Positions 18,976 to 27,713 of a stretch of 49,383 nt of DNA are shown piece after piece. The stretch covers positions 1 to 49,383 of the IMG/VR virus record IMGVR_UViG_3300027533_000027, one strand, 5' to 3'. Position numbers and translations under genes: made by a program. The stretch's first letter is position 1. Every line of letters begins with the position of its first letter. The notes beneath the pieces were generated by a model, which was given only the letters and a program-made list of their open reading frames with translations, was not told the origin of the DNA and made no database searches. The DNA is from a virus (Duplodnaviria; Caudoviricetes).

Positions 18976-19812
18976 ATGTTGCATACGCGAATTGATACCA
19001 ACCCCGTTTGCGAAATTTACAACGGGGATTGTCGCAAAATCATTTCCGACAATTTGGAATCGTGGCAATATGCCTTTGATTTCATATTTGCAGACCCCCC
19101 GTTTAACATCGGACATGGTTACGATTTGTACTATGACGATTTGGAAAACGATGCGTTTGCAACATTTATGGCGGAATGGATCGGATATGCAACATATTGT
19201 TTGCGACCCGGTGGCGTACTCGCAATCAATGTTCCCGATGAATTGGTTTTGATTGTTCTGCAAACTGCAAACGCTTTAAGTTTGCAACGCATCGGTTGGG
19301 CAATCTGGCATTACCGATTCGGGCAATGTAATGATGGCAACTGGATAAACTCAAAAGCGCATTGCCTCATCTTCCGCGCCAACGATATTACGGACGATGG
19401 CGAAGAATCAATTGAGACTCCCCATACGTGGAATCCTAACGCTGTCCTAGTCGATAGCGACCGTGCAAGCGCGTACAATGACTCTAGGACGCTGCTAACC
19501 GCCAACCCCGGTAAACGCTTGCCGCTTGACGTATGGGGCATCCCGTCCGATGGTCCGTTTTGGGGTCGCGTACAAGGCAACAACGGGGAACGAATCGCCA
19601 ACCATCCGAATCAACTACCGGAAAAATACCTAGAGCGTTTGATACTCGCATATACAAACGCTGGCGACGTAATACTAGACCCCTTTGGCGGAACCGGAAC
19701 AACGGCAACCGTTGCGCGTGCAACCGGCAGACGTTGCGTTACAATCGACATATCCGCAGACTATTGCGCCGACATAGCGCAGCGGGTACAGAATGGAGCG
19801 TTACGGGTATGA
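18976..19812 (+). CDS. Beta-class DNA methyltransferase (N4-cytosine/N6-adenine)
   Basis: IFADPPFN before HPNQLP and ILDPFGGTGTT. Confidence 0.93.
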   Translation: MLHTRIDTNPVCEIYNGDCRKIISDNLESWQYAFDFIFADPPFNIGHGYDLYYDDLENDAFATFMAEWIGYATYCLRPGGVLAINVPDELVLIVLQTANALSLQRIGWAIWHYRFGQCNDGNWINSKAHCLIFRANDITDDGEESIETPHTWNPNAVLVDSDRASAYNDSRTLLTANPGKRLPLDVWGIPSDGPFWGRVQGNNGERIANHPNQLPEKYLERLILAYTNAGDVILDPFGGTGTTATVARATGRRCVTIDISADYCADIAQRVQNGALRV

Positions 19813-20060
19813 TGCTTGCTAAACTTATGGATTTGGTCCAACAGTTTCCGAAAACCACAATCGTTATCACCGCTGGACAATTCGGAGGAATCCAATTTTA
19901 TATGCGGCGAGTACGTCAACCGGAAAACGGACCAATAACCGATCAATTCCTAGTTGCCGCAAGCGAGTTGCAATCACTACCCAACCCGGAAAGCTATGTA
20001 ATTGATAAGTTGGAAGAATCACTAGAACGAATTGAGCAAACGGAAAAATTGACGATTTGA
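19809..20060 (+). CDS. Hypothetical protein
   Basis: ATGA overlap with the MTase stop (MMLAKLMDL...). Confidence 0.6.
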   Translation: MMLAKLMDLVQQFPKTTIVITAGQFGGIQFYMRRVRQPENGPITDQFLVAASELQSLPNPESYVIDKLEESLERIEQTEKLTI

Positions 20061-20085
20061 CTTTCCGCAACCGTTATGGTATAAT
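20057..20085 (+). promoter_or_regulatory. Near-consensus sigma-70 promoter overlapped by a palindrome
   Basis: TTGACT-N17-TATAAT with extended TG; CGCAACCGTTAT/ATAATGGTTGCG at 20066-20092. Confidence 0.85.
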
Positions 20086-20129
20086 GGTTGCGTGGTTTGT
20101 TTCTATACTGCTATATGGAGTGTCTGCAA

Positions 20130-20579
20130 ATGAAACTGATTCTTAAACCATCGGGCAATCGTCGCTGGCGAATTCAATTTGAGAACAACCCGCCAGAATA
20201 TACCGAAGCGGCGGATATGTTTACCGCGCTGTTGTGGTATCTAGCCGGGTACGATTTGCCAACGTACAACGCTTTGCAGGATGTTCCCGTTGATATGGGT
20301 ACTGGCGGCAATGCGTATCAAATCCATTTTTGGTTGGACAATGGTACGCAACAACAGCAATTGATTACGATACGCGACGTTACCGATTTTGATGAGGGGG
20401 CGGCAACGGAAGCGCTTACCGAAATGGAAGCGGAAGATAAGGCAGCGGCGCAACCGCCAGCTAAAAAGCGCGGCAGACCGCGCAACAACCCCGATCAAAA
20501 TTTGTCCCGCGACTTGCGAAAGGTGGTCAAGCAAAAACGAAAGGTACAGCGGCGCGCCCGTAAGCGGGGCAAGCGCTAA
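20130..20579 (+). CDS. Protein with AT-hook-like motif and basic tail
   Basis: KKRGRPR, Lys/Arg-rich C-terminus, GGAG RBS. Confidence 0.7.
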   Translation: MKLILKPSGNRRWRIQFENNPPEYTEAADMFTALLWYLAGYDLPTYNALQDVPVDMGTGGNAYQIHFWLDNGTQQQQLITIRDVTDFDEGAATEALTEMEAEDKAAAQPPAKKRGRPRNNPDQNLSRDLRKVVKQKRKVQRRARKRGKR

Positions 20580-20860
20580 TGCACGTTCAATACAAACAAC
20601 GTCGTTTGACGCTGCTAACGTATGTTGCGTGGCAGCGGGAGTACCGCGAACCATTGAAAGCGTATTGTTATTGCTGCAATACGCAATTGCGAATTGGTGA
20701 TTATCTTGATTCGTTGTATCCATTTTGGACTGAATACAATTGTTGTCGCCAATGTCGCAACACTCAACAGCAACTCATTGTGTACGTTGAACCACATAGG
20801 GCAATATCATGTCTGCAATCGTCAATGGCGGACAATTCGGCGAATCAAAAGGTAAAGTAA
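20579..20860 (+). CDS. Cys-rich hypothetical protein
   Basis: CYCC...CCRQC; stop/start overlap. Confidence 0.5.
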   Translation: MHVQYKQRRLTLLTYVAWQREYREPLKAYCYCCNTQLRIGDYLDSLYPFWTEYNCCRQCRNTQQQLIVYVEPHRAISCLQSSMADNSANQKVK

Positions 20861-21249
20861 ATGCGTACTCTTGCGTTGAACCGATTTGCGAGTTTCAACG
20901 CTTGTTTACGCTCAACATGGCGTGCGGAGTTACTCCCGCTATGATACCTTGCCCGAATTGTCGTTGCATGATGCCTAGCAGCGTTTACAAATTGCGTATG
21001 CAATTGGACGCTACCGGCAATGTCGATATTTCGCACATTTGGTATCGTCCCGTAATGCAAATCTATCCGCAGTTGACGCAAGCGGAACGGTCGCACGTTC
21101 TAAGCGGCGGGTTGTTGTTCGGTCGCTTTCCAGACGATTGCATACGCAATGCCGATATTGATTTTATCGGGTGCAATGAATGGAAAGACATTGAAAACAT
21201 TTTGCGACTTTACTACCGCGCAACGATAACAGTAAGGGTAGCGGAATGA
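20809..21249 (+). CDS. Zinc-ribbon hypothetical protein
   Basis: C..C and CPNC pairs. Confidence 0.65.
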   Translation: MSAIVNGGQFGESKGKVNAYSCVEPICEFQRLFTLNMACGVTPAMIPCPNCRCMMPSSVYKLRMQLDATGNVDISHIWYRPVMQIYPQLTQAERSHVLSGGLLFGRFPDDCIRNADIDFIGCNEWKDIENILRLYYRATITVRVAE

Positions 21250-21434
21250 ATCTAGGACCATGGCGCAACGGTGCGCGTCCCGCTGGCGTTGTCGGCAGAC
21301 AACCGCGAAAGAAAACCTATCCCGTTGTAGTCCAACTGACATTGGCGCAGCGGGAGCAATTGAAACAACGTGCGGCAAAGGATGACCGGACATTGACCGC
21401 ATATTGTGTTGCTCAACTCTTTCCAAAACAATAA
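21246..21434 (+). CDS. Ribbon-helix-helix-like DNA-binding protein
   Basis: VVVQLTLAQREQLKQRAAKDDRTLTAYCV pattern. Confidence 0.65.
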   Translation: MNLGPWRNGARPAGVVGRQPRKKTYPVVVQLTLAQREQLKQRAAKDDRTLTAYCVAQLFPKQ

Positions 21435-21436
21435 CC

Positions 21437-22393
21437 ATGTACAGAAACGAAAAAGGAAATCTTGTAACGCTGCTAGAAGAGCGCTACGGATATGGTTGCG
21501 AAAGTCATTGCATCGGGATTGGTCCCGTGGAATTCAAGAGCATTGACGATACTGCCGCAACCGCTGTATTGCCAACAGAAAACTTGCGAAGCGAAGTTGT
21601 TGACGTTTTGCACGATTCTAATAACGCCAGATTAACCCGGCATGTTTCCCGCATGGCGGTTGCGCCGTGGTTAAAGCAAACATGGTTGGATAACGTCTAT
21701 TCCGCTTGCCTTGATAATGGTTGTCTAATGGCAACTATGGTCAAGAGCGGAGCGGGCATCCAATCTTTTGCAATAACAAACCAGTTGTTGCAAGAGTCTA
21801 AGCGGCAGGAAATCAATGCAGAATGGTTGAAAGAAAAAGCAACAACCTATGGTTCCGATGGCATAGCGTTGAATTGCGACATTTGCAAAAACCGATTGAT
21901 ATTGGCGAAGCAATGCCAACATTGTATGCAAATCTTTTGCAACGGGTGCGAGTCAATGCACCATCAATTAGAAGTTGGCAAATGTCAATCGTTGTGGAAA
22001 GAACCGCGCGGCGCTATGTCAACTCCGGTTGACCCTTCCAACAAATCTGATTTTCTTTCCATCAAAGATTACCAAATCACAACAAAGCATCGGGATAGCT
22101 CTTTCCCGTATCAACTTGGCAATCTTTGGTATCATTCTATTAAGCGCCCGCACGTTGCGCAAATAGAAGTTACCGGACCAATGACCAGCGAACATCAAGC
22201 AATGCTTGATTTGATTACAAAACTTCGCTTGTACATTCAAGAGCTAGAACGTACTGAGGGTGTAAAGGTGATTTACTACCCGCCAAACTTTGCCGATACG
22301 ATTTACAATAAGTTTGTAAACGGGCAAGTTGTGGATAGAGCAACATTCCGCAGATATGTAACGGAACAATTCCAGCAAGCGTTACAAACCTAA
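21437..22393 (+). CDS. Hypothetical protein with internal Cys cluster
   Basis: CDIC...CQHC...CNGC...H. Confidence 0.7.
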   Translation: MYRNEKGNLVTLLEERYGYGCESHCIGIGPVEFKSIDDTAATAVLPTENLRSEVVDVLHDSNNARLTRHVSRMAVAPWLKQTWLDNVYSACLDNGCLMATMVKSGAGIQSFAITNQLLQESKRQEINAEWLKEKATTYGSDGIALNCDICKNRLILAKQCQHCMQIFCNGCESMHHQLEVGKCQSLWKEPRGAMSTPVDPSNKSDFLSIKDYQITTKHRDSSFPYQLGNLWYHSIKRPHVAQIEVTGPMTSEHQAMLDLITKLRLYIQELERTEGVKVIYYPPNFADTIYNKFVNGQVVDRATFRRYVTEQFQQALQT

Positions 22394-22432
22394 AGGGACC
22401 AGCGGCAGGCGCGTAATATAGGGAGTACCGCT

Positions 22433-22993
22433 ATGGAGTGCGAACGTACCCGCGAATTCTGCAAAGGCTTGCAGAAATGCAACGCGATGGTTTATCCCAT
22501 TGTGGGAAACAAATACGCACCCGCAGGATGGCCGGATAGGCTCATTCTACATTCCCTATGGGGAGGATTGATTGAGTTTAAGGACGTTGATACGGTGGTA
22601 CAACCTCATCAACGTATCATTCTGCGGGATGCGTGTTTGCGAAATCCATATTTCGCTTTTATCGTTCGCTTTACCGAAAGCGATGATAAATCCATTATTG
22701 AATGTCCCACAACGAATCTGTATTGGGAATTCGATAACAAACCATTGACATTGATGAAAGAGCTAAACCGCCAAAAATGGGGTTTGGAGAATGCAAACGA
22801 TATTCCATTTTTGACAATGGAGCAACAACGCCAAATTACGTTGTCTGGCGTAAACGAGTTTATGCGAGCGTATAAACTTGCCAATGTCGATAGTACGCAA
22901 AAACCACCTTGCGTTTGCAAAAACTGCGGGTATCAATGGGAGTGCGGTACGTTGCCGCCTGATTGCCCGAATTGCAACGCATCATTAGTGTAA
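22433..22993 (+). CDS. VRR-NUC-like PD-(D/E)xK nuclease with C-terminal zinc ribbon
   Basis: GWPDRLI...IEFK...Q; CKNC...CPNC. Confidence 0.75.
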   Translation: MECERTREFCKGLQKCNAMVYPIVGNKYAPAGWPDRLILHSLWGGLIEFKDVDTVVQPHQRIILRDACLRNPYFAFIVRFTESDDKSIIECPTTNLYWEFDNKPLTLMKELNRQKWGLENANDIPFLTMEQQRQITLSGVNEFMRAYKLANVDSTQKPPCVCKNCGYQWECGTLPPDCPNCNASLV

Positions 22994-23002
22994 GGTGCGA
23001 CT

Positions 23003-23191
23003 ATGTTATATCTAGTCGCTTTGATTGTCCCGCCGCTTGCTTGTTTGCTTTGTGGCAAACCCGGTCAAGCGATGTTGAATTTTTGCCTATGGTGCTGTTT
23101 CATAGTACCCGGCATCATTCATGCATTGTTTGTTGTGATGGAATACAACGCGGATGTAAGGATGCAACGCTATGGATACCGTCAATGGTAA
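23003..23191 (+). CDS. YqaE/Pmp3-family small membrane protein
   Basis: LIVPPLAC...NFCLWCCFIVPGIIHALFVV signature. Confidence 0.85.
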   Translation: MLYLVALIVPPLACLLCGKPGQAMLNFCLWCCFIVPGIIHALFVVMEYNADVRMQRYGYRQW

Positions 23192-23495
23192 TGGTGAAAA
23201 CATTACGGGTACTGGTCCGCGAATTGATTTGCGGATGATGAGTACAGCGGAAGCAATGGCGTACATGAAAGCAACGGGAGAGTTTGACCATTCCGTTGCT
23301 CCGCATGCGCTTGACATAGAATCAACTTGGGAACATTGGGATTCGTTGCAATACGGATTCTATCGCGGATGGTGCGCGCATCGTCAACAATCTAGTTTCT
23401 TTGTTGGTTGCGCGTTTATGATCGGTGCTGGCGTTACGGTTGCCGTCTGTGTTGCGTTGATATGGTTGGCGACCGCTTTTGCATAGAGCTATAAC

Positions 23496-24068
23496 ATGCC
23501 CGATTCAATCGTTAAGGTTGTGCAATGCCCGTGCGGCAATGAGGAAAGAATATCCATCAATCGCAATTTGCGTTTTAGGGGTGGTGATTGCTTCACGGGC
23601 AAAGCATATTGGAATTGGGAAATCCCTAATTCCGAAATAATGTGTACGCATTGCGGAGCGTTGCTAACGCTGGAAATCTTCCAAACGATAGGCAATCCCG
23701 ATTCGCCACAACTCATCCTAACTTGTGCGGAGCGGATAGAAGATATTGCAATACAGCACCGCGTCAAGATGCTTTCATTCGATGAGGCGCGGACGCAACA
23801 ACTACGCAACATATCGGCATCGTTGGAAGTACCCGCGCACGTTCTGCTAGAGCAAACGCAAGCATGTTTTGATTCGCTTGTACGATCAACGCAACGCGCT
23901 GTAAATGCGATGTTCTCTTTAAGTACAGCGATTGACATAACTTGCGTTGACGCATTTAGGAAACAGCATCCCGGTAAGCGTTTACCCGGATGGAACCGTT
24001 GCGCCCGCATTCGTAAAAGTTTGCGTAAGCGTATTTTGTATGGATGGCATATTCGCAAAGGGAGTTGA
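23496..24068 (+). CDS. Hypothetical protein with N-terminal zinc ribbon
   Basis: CPCG...CTHCG. Confidence 0.65.
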   Translation: MPDSIVKVVQCPCGNEERISINRNLRFRGGDCFTGKAYWNWEIPNSEIMCTHCGALLTLEIFQTIGNPDSPQLILTCAERIEDIAIQHRVKMLSFDEARTQQLRNISASLEVPAHVLLEQTQACFDSLVRSTQRAVNAMFSLSTAIDITCVDAFRKQHPGKRLPGWNRCARIRKSLRKRILYGWHIRKGS

Positions 24069-24072
24069 GAGA

Positions 24073-24762
24073 ATGAGTACCGGCAATGTTCCGAATGGTC
24101 CCGCGCAGGGTGGGAGTTACAATCCAATGTCAACTTTCCAACAGTTGACAAGCAATGTTCCCATGAAACAATGGGAGCGGCAATTGTGGTTTATTCTGGT
24201 CTATGTTCCGCTGTTGATTACAGCATACATGGGCGCAGATAGGTTTCTGCCGCCAGCGAAACCGAAGTTAGATCAAATCATGCCGGAAACCGAAGCAATA
24301 ACGGCATTGCAGCAAGAGAACAAAACTCTTGAATTGCTCAATGAGGGTCTTAGCAATTCGTTGCAAGGGAGTACGGCAGCGCTTAAGCGTGCTACCGATG
24401 AAATTGCAACATTGCGAAAGCAGTTGAATCAACAATCATTCCCGCCCGGTAGCAGCGGGAGTAGCAAGGGTGCAACTACGGTCCCCGAAACCTTGAAAGG
24501 ATCAAAAACGGGCATGGCGCAACAACCACATATTGAGAATTTTGTACGCGATTGCTATTACGAAGTTGACGTAAACTGGCAATCGGGATTGCTTGAAACA
24601 ATTTCCGGTTACTTCCATGAAATTGTACGGGACGGAACCAGAATGCGCGCCGTGATTGGTCAACGCAAGTACGCGCGGGGTGGTCGCATCGTCGGATGCC
24701 CGCAACCTTGCGAGTTGGTAGCGATACGCGCTGTACCTGCAAAACGTGGTAAGGATGCGTAG
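24073..24762 (+). CDS. Membrane-anchored coiled-coil protein
   Basis: TM LWFILVYVPLLITAYMG then heptads; GGAG RBS. Confidence 0.7.
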   Translation: MSTGNVPNGPAQGGSYNPMSTFQQLTSNVPMKQWERQLWFILVYVPLLITAYMGADRFLPPAKPKLDQIMPETEAITALQQENKTLELLNEGLSNSLQGSTAALKRATDEIATLRKQLNQQSFPPGSSGSSKGATTVPETLKGSKTGMAQQPHIENFVRDCYYEVDVNWQSGLLETISGYFHEIVRDGTRMRAVIGQRKYARGGRIVGCPQPCELVAIRAVPAKRGKDA

Positions 24763-24860
24763 GACGCATTTGGCAGCGTCCTAATGGGTCAATCCGATTG
24801 GTCCGTTTGGGACCAATCGGAAACCCCTTTTGACCGTTGCACGGTTTTTCGGGGTGGGGT

Positions 24861-25192
24861 CGGGTTTCGACCGTAGCGCGGAAAACGGAAGCTAAGAGAA
24901 TTGGCCCTACCTACCCTATGGACGAAAACACCCGTTTCCCCTACTTTCGGTAGGATTTAGCCGCTAGTCTGCCAGCTTTATAGGGTTATACCCCCTGAAA
25001 TAATATAAGAACTAATGCCTTTTTTGAGGGTTAGTAGTAGTAGTAGTAGTAGAGTTGGGGAGGGTATCCCTATGGCGCTGGCGGGATGGTTGATCGAATC
25101 CCCCGGTAGCGGTGGAAAGGGAGGATCGGCAGGACAAGGTAGGTAGGGCCAATTCTCTTAGCTTCCGCGAAACGCGCTACGGTCGAAACCCG
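24861..25192. repeat. 55-bp inverted repeats (24861-24915 / 25138-25192) around a 222-bp spacer
   Basis: 20-bp match, 5-nt mismatch, 30-bp match; spacer holds inner IRs and (TAG)7 at 25032-25052. Confidence 0.95.
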
Positions 25193-25260
25193 GCATGGGG
25201 TCGAAAAAAATTGCTCAATTCGATTGCTCAACTGCATACCGCGATATTGGAGTTACGGCA

Positions 25261-25929
25261 ATGACCAGACGAGACAAAGGGAAAGAGCGGGAGTACAGCA
25301 ACGATGCAAGGCGCTCCCGTGCGATGGAAAGGAAACATCAAAGCGATATGCGACATACGCTTATTGATGTTACGCAATTTGAGTTGGATGAATTGGCGAA
25401 ACAACCGTTGACCGATGCCAACTTGGCAAAGTCTTTAGAGTTGCAAGCGACCCTAGAGCGGTTACATAGGGATAGACCTATAAAGCATCGTAAGCGGCGA
25501 AAAACAGAAATCCAGCTTGCTATGGAAGCGCAGGCGGATATTGAGCGGATAGAACGAAGGGAAATAAGGAAAGAGCAACGAAAGCAAAGGGAAGCAAAGC
25601 GAAAACGAGAGTATGCCCGCTTACATCGCGCCGAACAACGCAGGGAGAAGCGGCGGGAATCGCTGCCGGAAGATATGCGTTGTCCTAGATGCAATTCGCT
25701 TCGCTCCAATTCGCGTCAATATGTTGTGAATGATGTTTTGGGAATTGTTTGCAAATCATGTTGGAGCAAAATACAAACAACATGCAAAGAATACGGAATT
25801 GATGTAACACATTTCTGTATTGTATGCAAAAGCGAATTGCAGACATATCACGATTGTTGTGGCGACGTTACGCAATGCAATTGTGTTGATTGCCTTTGCA
25901 AACGCTACTTGAATTCATTTCCCAATTGA
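25261..25929 (+). CDS. Basic Arg/Glu-rich protein with C-terminal Cys clusters
   Basis: GGAG RBS before ATG 25261; CPRC, CKSC, CIVC motifs. Confidence 0.7.
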   Translation: MTRRDKGKEREYSNDARRSRAMERKHQSDMRHTLIDVTQFELDELAKQPLTDANLAKSLELQATLERLHRDRPIKHRKRRKTEIQLAMEAQADIERIERREIRKEQRKQREAKRKREYARLHRAEQRREKRRESLPEDMRCPRCNSLRSNSRQYVVNDVLGIVCKSCWSKIQTTCKEYGIDVTHFCIVCKSELQTYHDCCGDVTQCNCVDCLCKRYLNSFPN

Positions 25930-25945
25930 GGAAAGGTATAGAGCG

Positions 25946-26268
25946 ATGAAAGAAAATTATGATGAATTGATAAATCAATCTCATTATCGTTCTGGTCTAT
26001 GGGATGCGTATTGGAATGTTGCGAAGTTGTTTGCAATCATCGCAATTCCTTTACTTGGATGGGTAATCATCGCTGGCATTGCAAAGAATGCGAAGCGTGC
26101 AATCATCATCGCATCGAATTGGAGTCATTGCGTCAAGCGTATAAATGGGAACGGGAAAACAGCGAACACTATTACAAGTTGTATAAGATTGAATTAAACT
26201 ACAATCTTAGCAATCCAGTAAAGAGCGAATACGGAATACCGATTTCCCCTTACCCGGTTGAGGATTGA
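25946..26268 (+). pseudogene. Apparently frameshifted TM + coiled-coil gene
   Basis: TM segment in ORF 25946-26197; protein-like continuation ELESLRQAYKWE in overlapping ORF 25999-26268. Confidence 0.4.
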
Positions 26269-26269
26269 T

Positions 26270-26560
26270 ATGGAATGCAAACCATGCAAGGTTGAGACAC
26301 TTCGGAAAGAGCGTAAGGAAAGCAATTCGCATATTGCTCAAAATGTAATGCTAGGTTGTGGCGTTACATCAATCGTGTTACTGGCGTGCATGTTGATTAT
26401 CAGCGTTGGTATCTATCGCTGGTTATCAACGGACGCGAACGAATTGCAAGAGTTGAGACAACAAAACCAATTCTACCGCGAATCTGTAAGCGGCAGACTT
26501 ACAGCGTTAGAATTGAAAACCTTCGACGGGAGTATGTCAGATGCAACAACAAAAGATTGA
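26270..26560 (+). CDS. Membrane-anchored coiled-coil protein
   Basis: GAGGA RBS; TM then ELQELRQQN. Confidence 0.65.
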   Translation: MECKPCKVETLRKERKESNSHIAQNVMLGCGVTSIVLLACMLIISVGIYRWLSTDANELQELRQQNQFYRESVSGRLTALELKTFDGSMSDATTKD

Positions 26561-26756
26561 TTTGGGTAAAACCGTTCGCGTAATGCAGACCTATGATATT
26601 GTTGCGCTAGAGCATGAAACGGGTACGCCATTAGCTAACAAGGTTGGTCGCGTTATCGGCATTACTCCCAACGGGAGAGTAACAGTACGCATCGACCATG
26701 TTGACCACGTTCTACCACCATCATCGTTGATGTTGTGGACAATGGCGAATGAGTAA
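26541..26756 (+). CDS. Small SH3/KOW-like hypothetical protein
   Basis: GKTVRV...GRVIGI...VTVRID. Confidence 0.55.
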   Translation: MQQQKIDLGKTVRVMQTYDIVALEHETGTPLANKVGRVIGITPNGRVTVRIDHVDHVLPPSSLMLWTMANE

Positions 26757-26782
26757 GCAAAACGAATAAGGTTTGCAGTATC

Positions 26783-27040
26783 ATGGCAACCAAACAAACA
26801 TATCCCGATTTCACGCCAGCGGGAGTACATTTCCAAGATTTGCGCACGGGAGTTGAATTCATCTTAGTTGAGGGTGGCGCATGGGATGGATGGTTGGTCT
26901 ATCTGCATTATGATAGACGCAATTGGGTTTCTTATCGCAAGGCAACAGACGATGAGAAAAAGCGAATTCATTTGTTGCAATGCAATGCGTACATTGAGAA
27001 TTGCAACATCAAAATATACCTAATGGAAGGTTTCATCTAA
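26783..27040 (+). CDS. Hypothetical protein
   Basis: AAGG RBS, collinear. Confidence 0.6.
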   Translation: MATKQTYPDFTPAGVHFQDLRTGVEFILVEGGAWDGWLVYLHYDRRNWVSYRKATDDEKKRIHLLQCNAYIENCNIKIYLMEGFI

Positions 27041-27061
27041 ACTCTAAACCGCAATGGATGC

Positions 27062-27706
27062 GTGCGAATGGAATCGGGCGATACGGAATCTGCAAAAGAG
27101 TTGAAACGATTGCAACGCGAATACTACGCGGGCATATTCGATTTCATCCTAGAGCATGAATCAACCTTGCGCGGTACTCTGCGCAATTGTTGTCGTAAGC
27201 AATTTCATTTGCTTGACGATCTATGGAGCGATGTAGTTATTGAGTGTGTACCACGCGCAATCAATACCTATGATCCAACAAAGGGGGAATTACTTTGGCA
27301 TGTTTGCCATACCGTGCGATGGTACACAATGAAATGGTTAAACCGTCGTTTGCGGGATGGCGAAAGAGAAGTTGCAATATCGCTCTTTAGTCCGGGGGAT
27401 ACTCCAATATGGGATTCGTTGTATGTATTGCAACCCGTCAATTACGATACAGCGGCATTGCAAGATAAGACGATTGCAGTTGATTCCCGATTAGACGCTA
27501 TTGGCGATAGGGAATTAGTACAAACCATACTGCGGGAACTATCCGAGTATGACCGCACGCTAATACACTTGTACTACGTTCTAGGTTGGACATACGGGGA
27601 AATAGCGTCACAACTCGGATGCGTTGAATCAACAATACGCGCACAATGTGATATAGCATTATGGAGCGCGAAGAAAATAGCAGACCGCTTGCAACGTCAA
27701 GAGTGA
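27062..27706 (+). CDS. Sigma-70-like (ECF-type) transcription factor, probable late activator
   Basis: YDPTKG region-2-like; LSEYDRTLIHLYYVLGWTYGEIASQLGCVESTIR region-4 HTH; directly before the late genes. Confidence 0.8.
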   Translation: MRMESGDTESAKELKRLQREYYAGIFDFILEHESTLRGTLRNCCRKQFHLLDDLWSDVVIECVPRAINTYDPTKGELLWHVCHTVRWYTMKWLNRRLRDGEREVAISLFSPGDTPIWDSLYVLQPVNYDTAALQDKTIAVDSRLDAIGDRELVQTILRELSEYDRTLIHLYYVLGWTYGEIASQLGCVESTIRAQCDIALWSAKKIADRLQRQE

Positions 27707-27713
27707 TACAGCG

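Noticed and set aside
25032-25052. (TAG)7 and frequent CTAG as a sign of amber stop-codon reassignment
   Set aside because: Genes are full length in the standard code, several end in TAG, and no suppressor tRNA was seen
24861-25192. Inverted repeats as an IS or MITE
   Set aside because: No transposase, no evident target-site duplication and only one copy in the window; kept as an unexplained element instead
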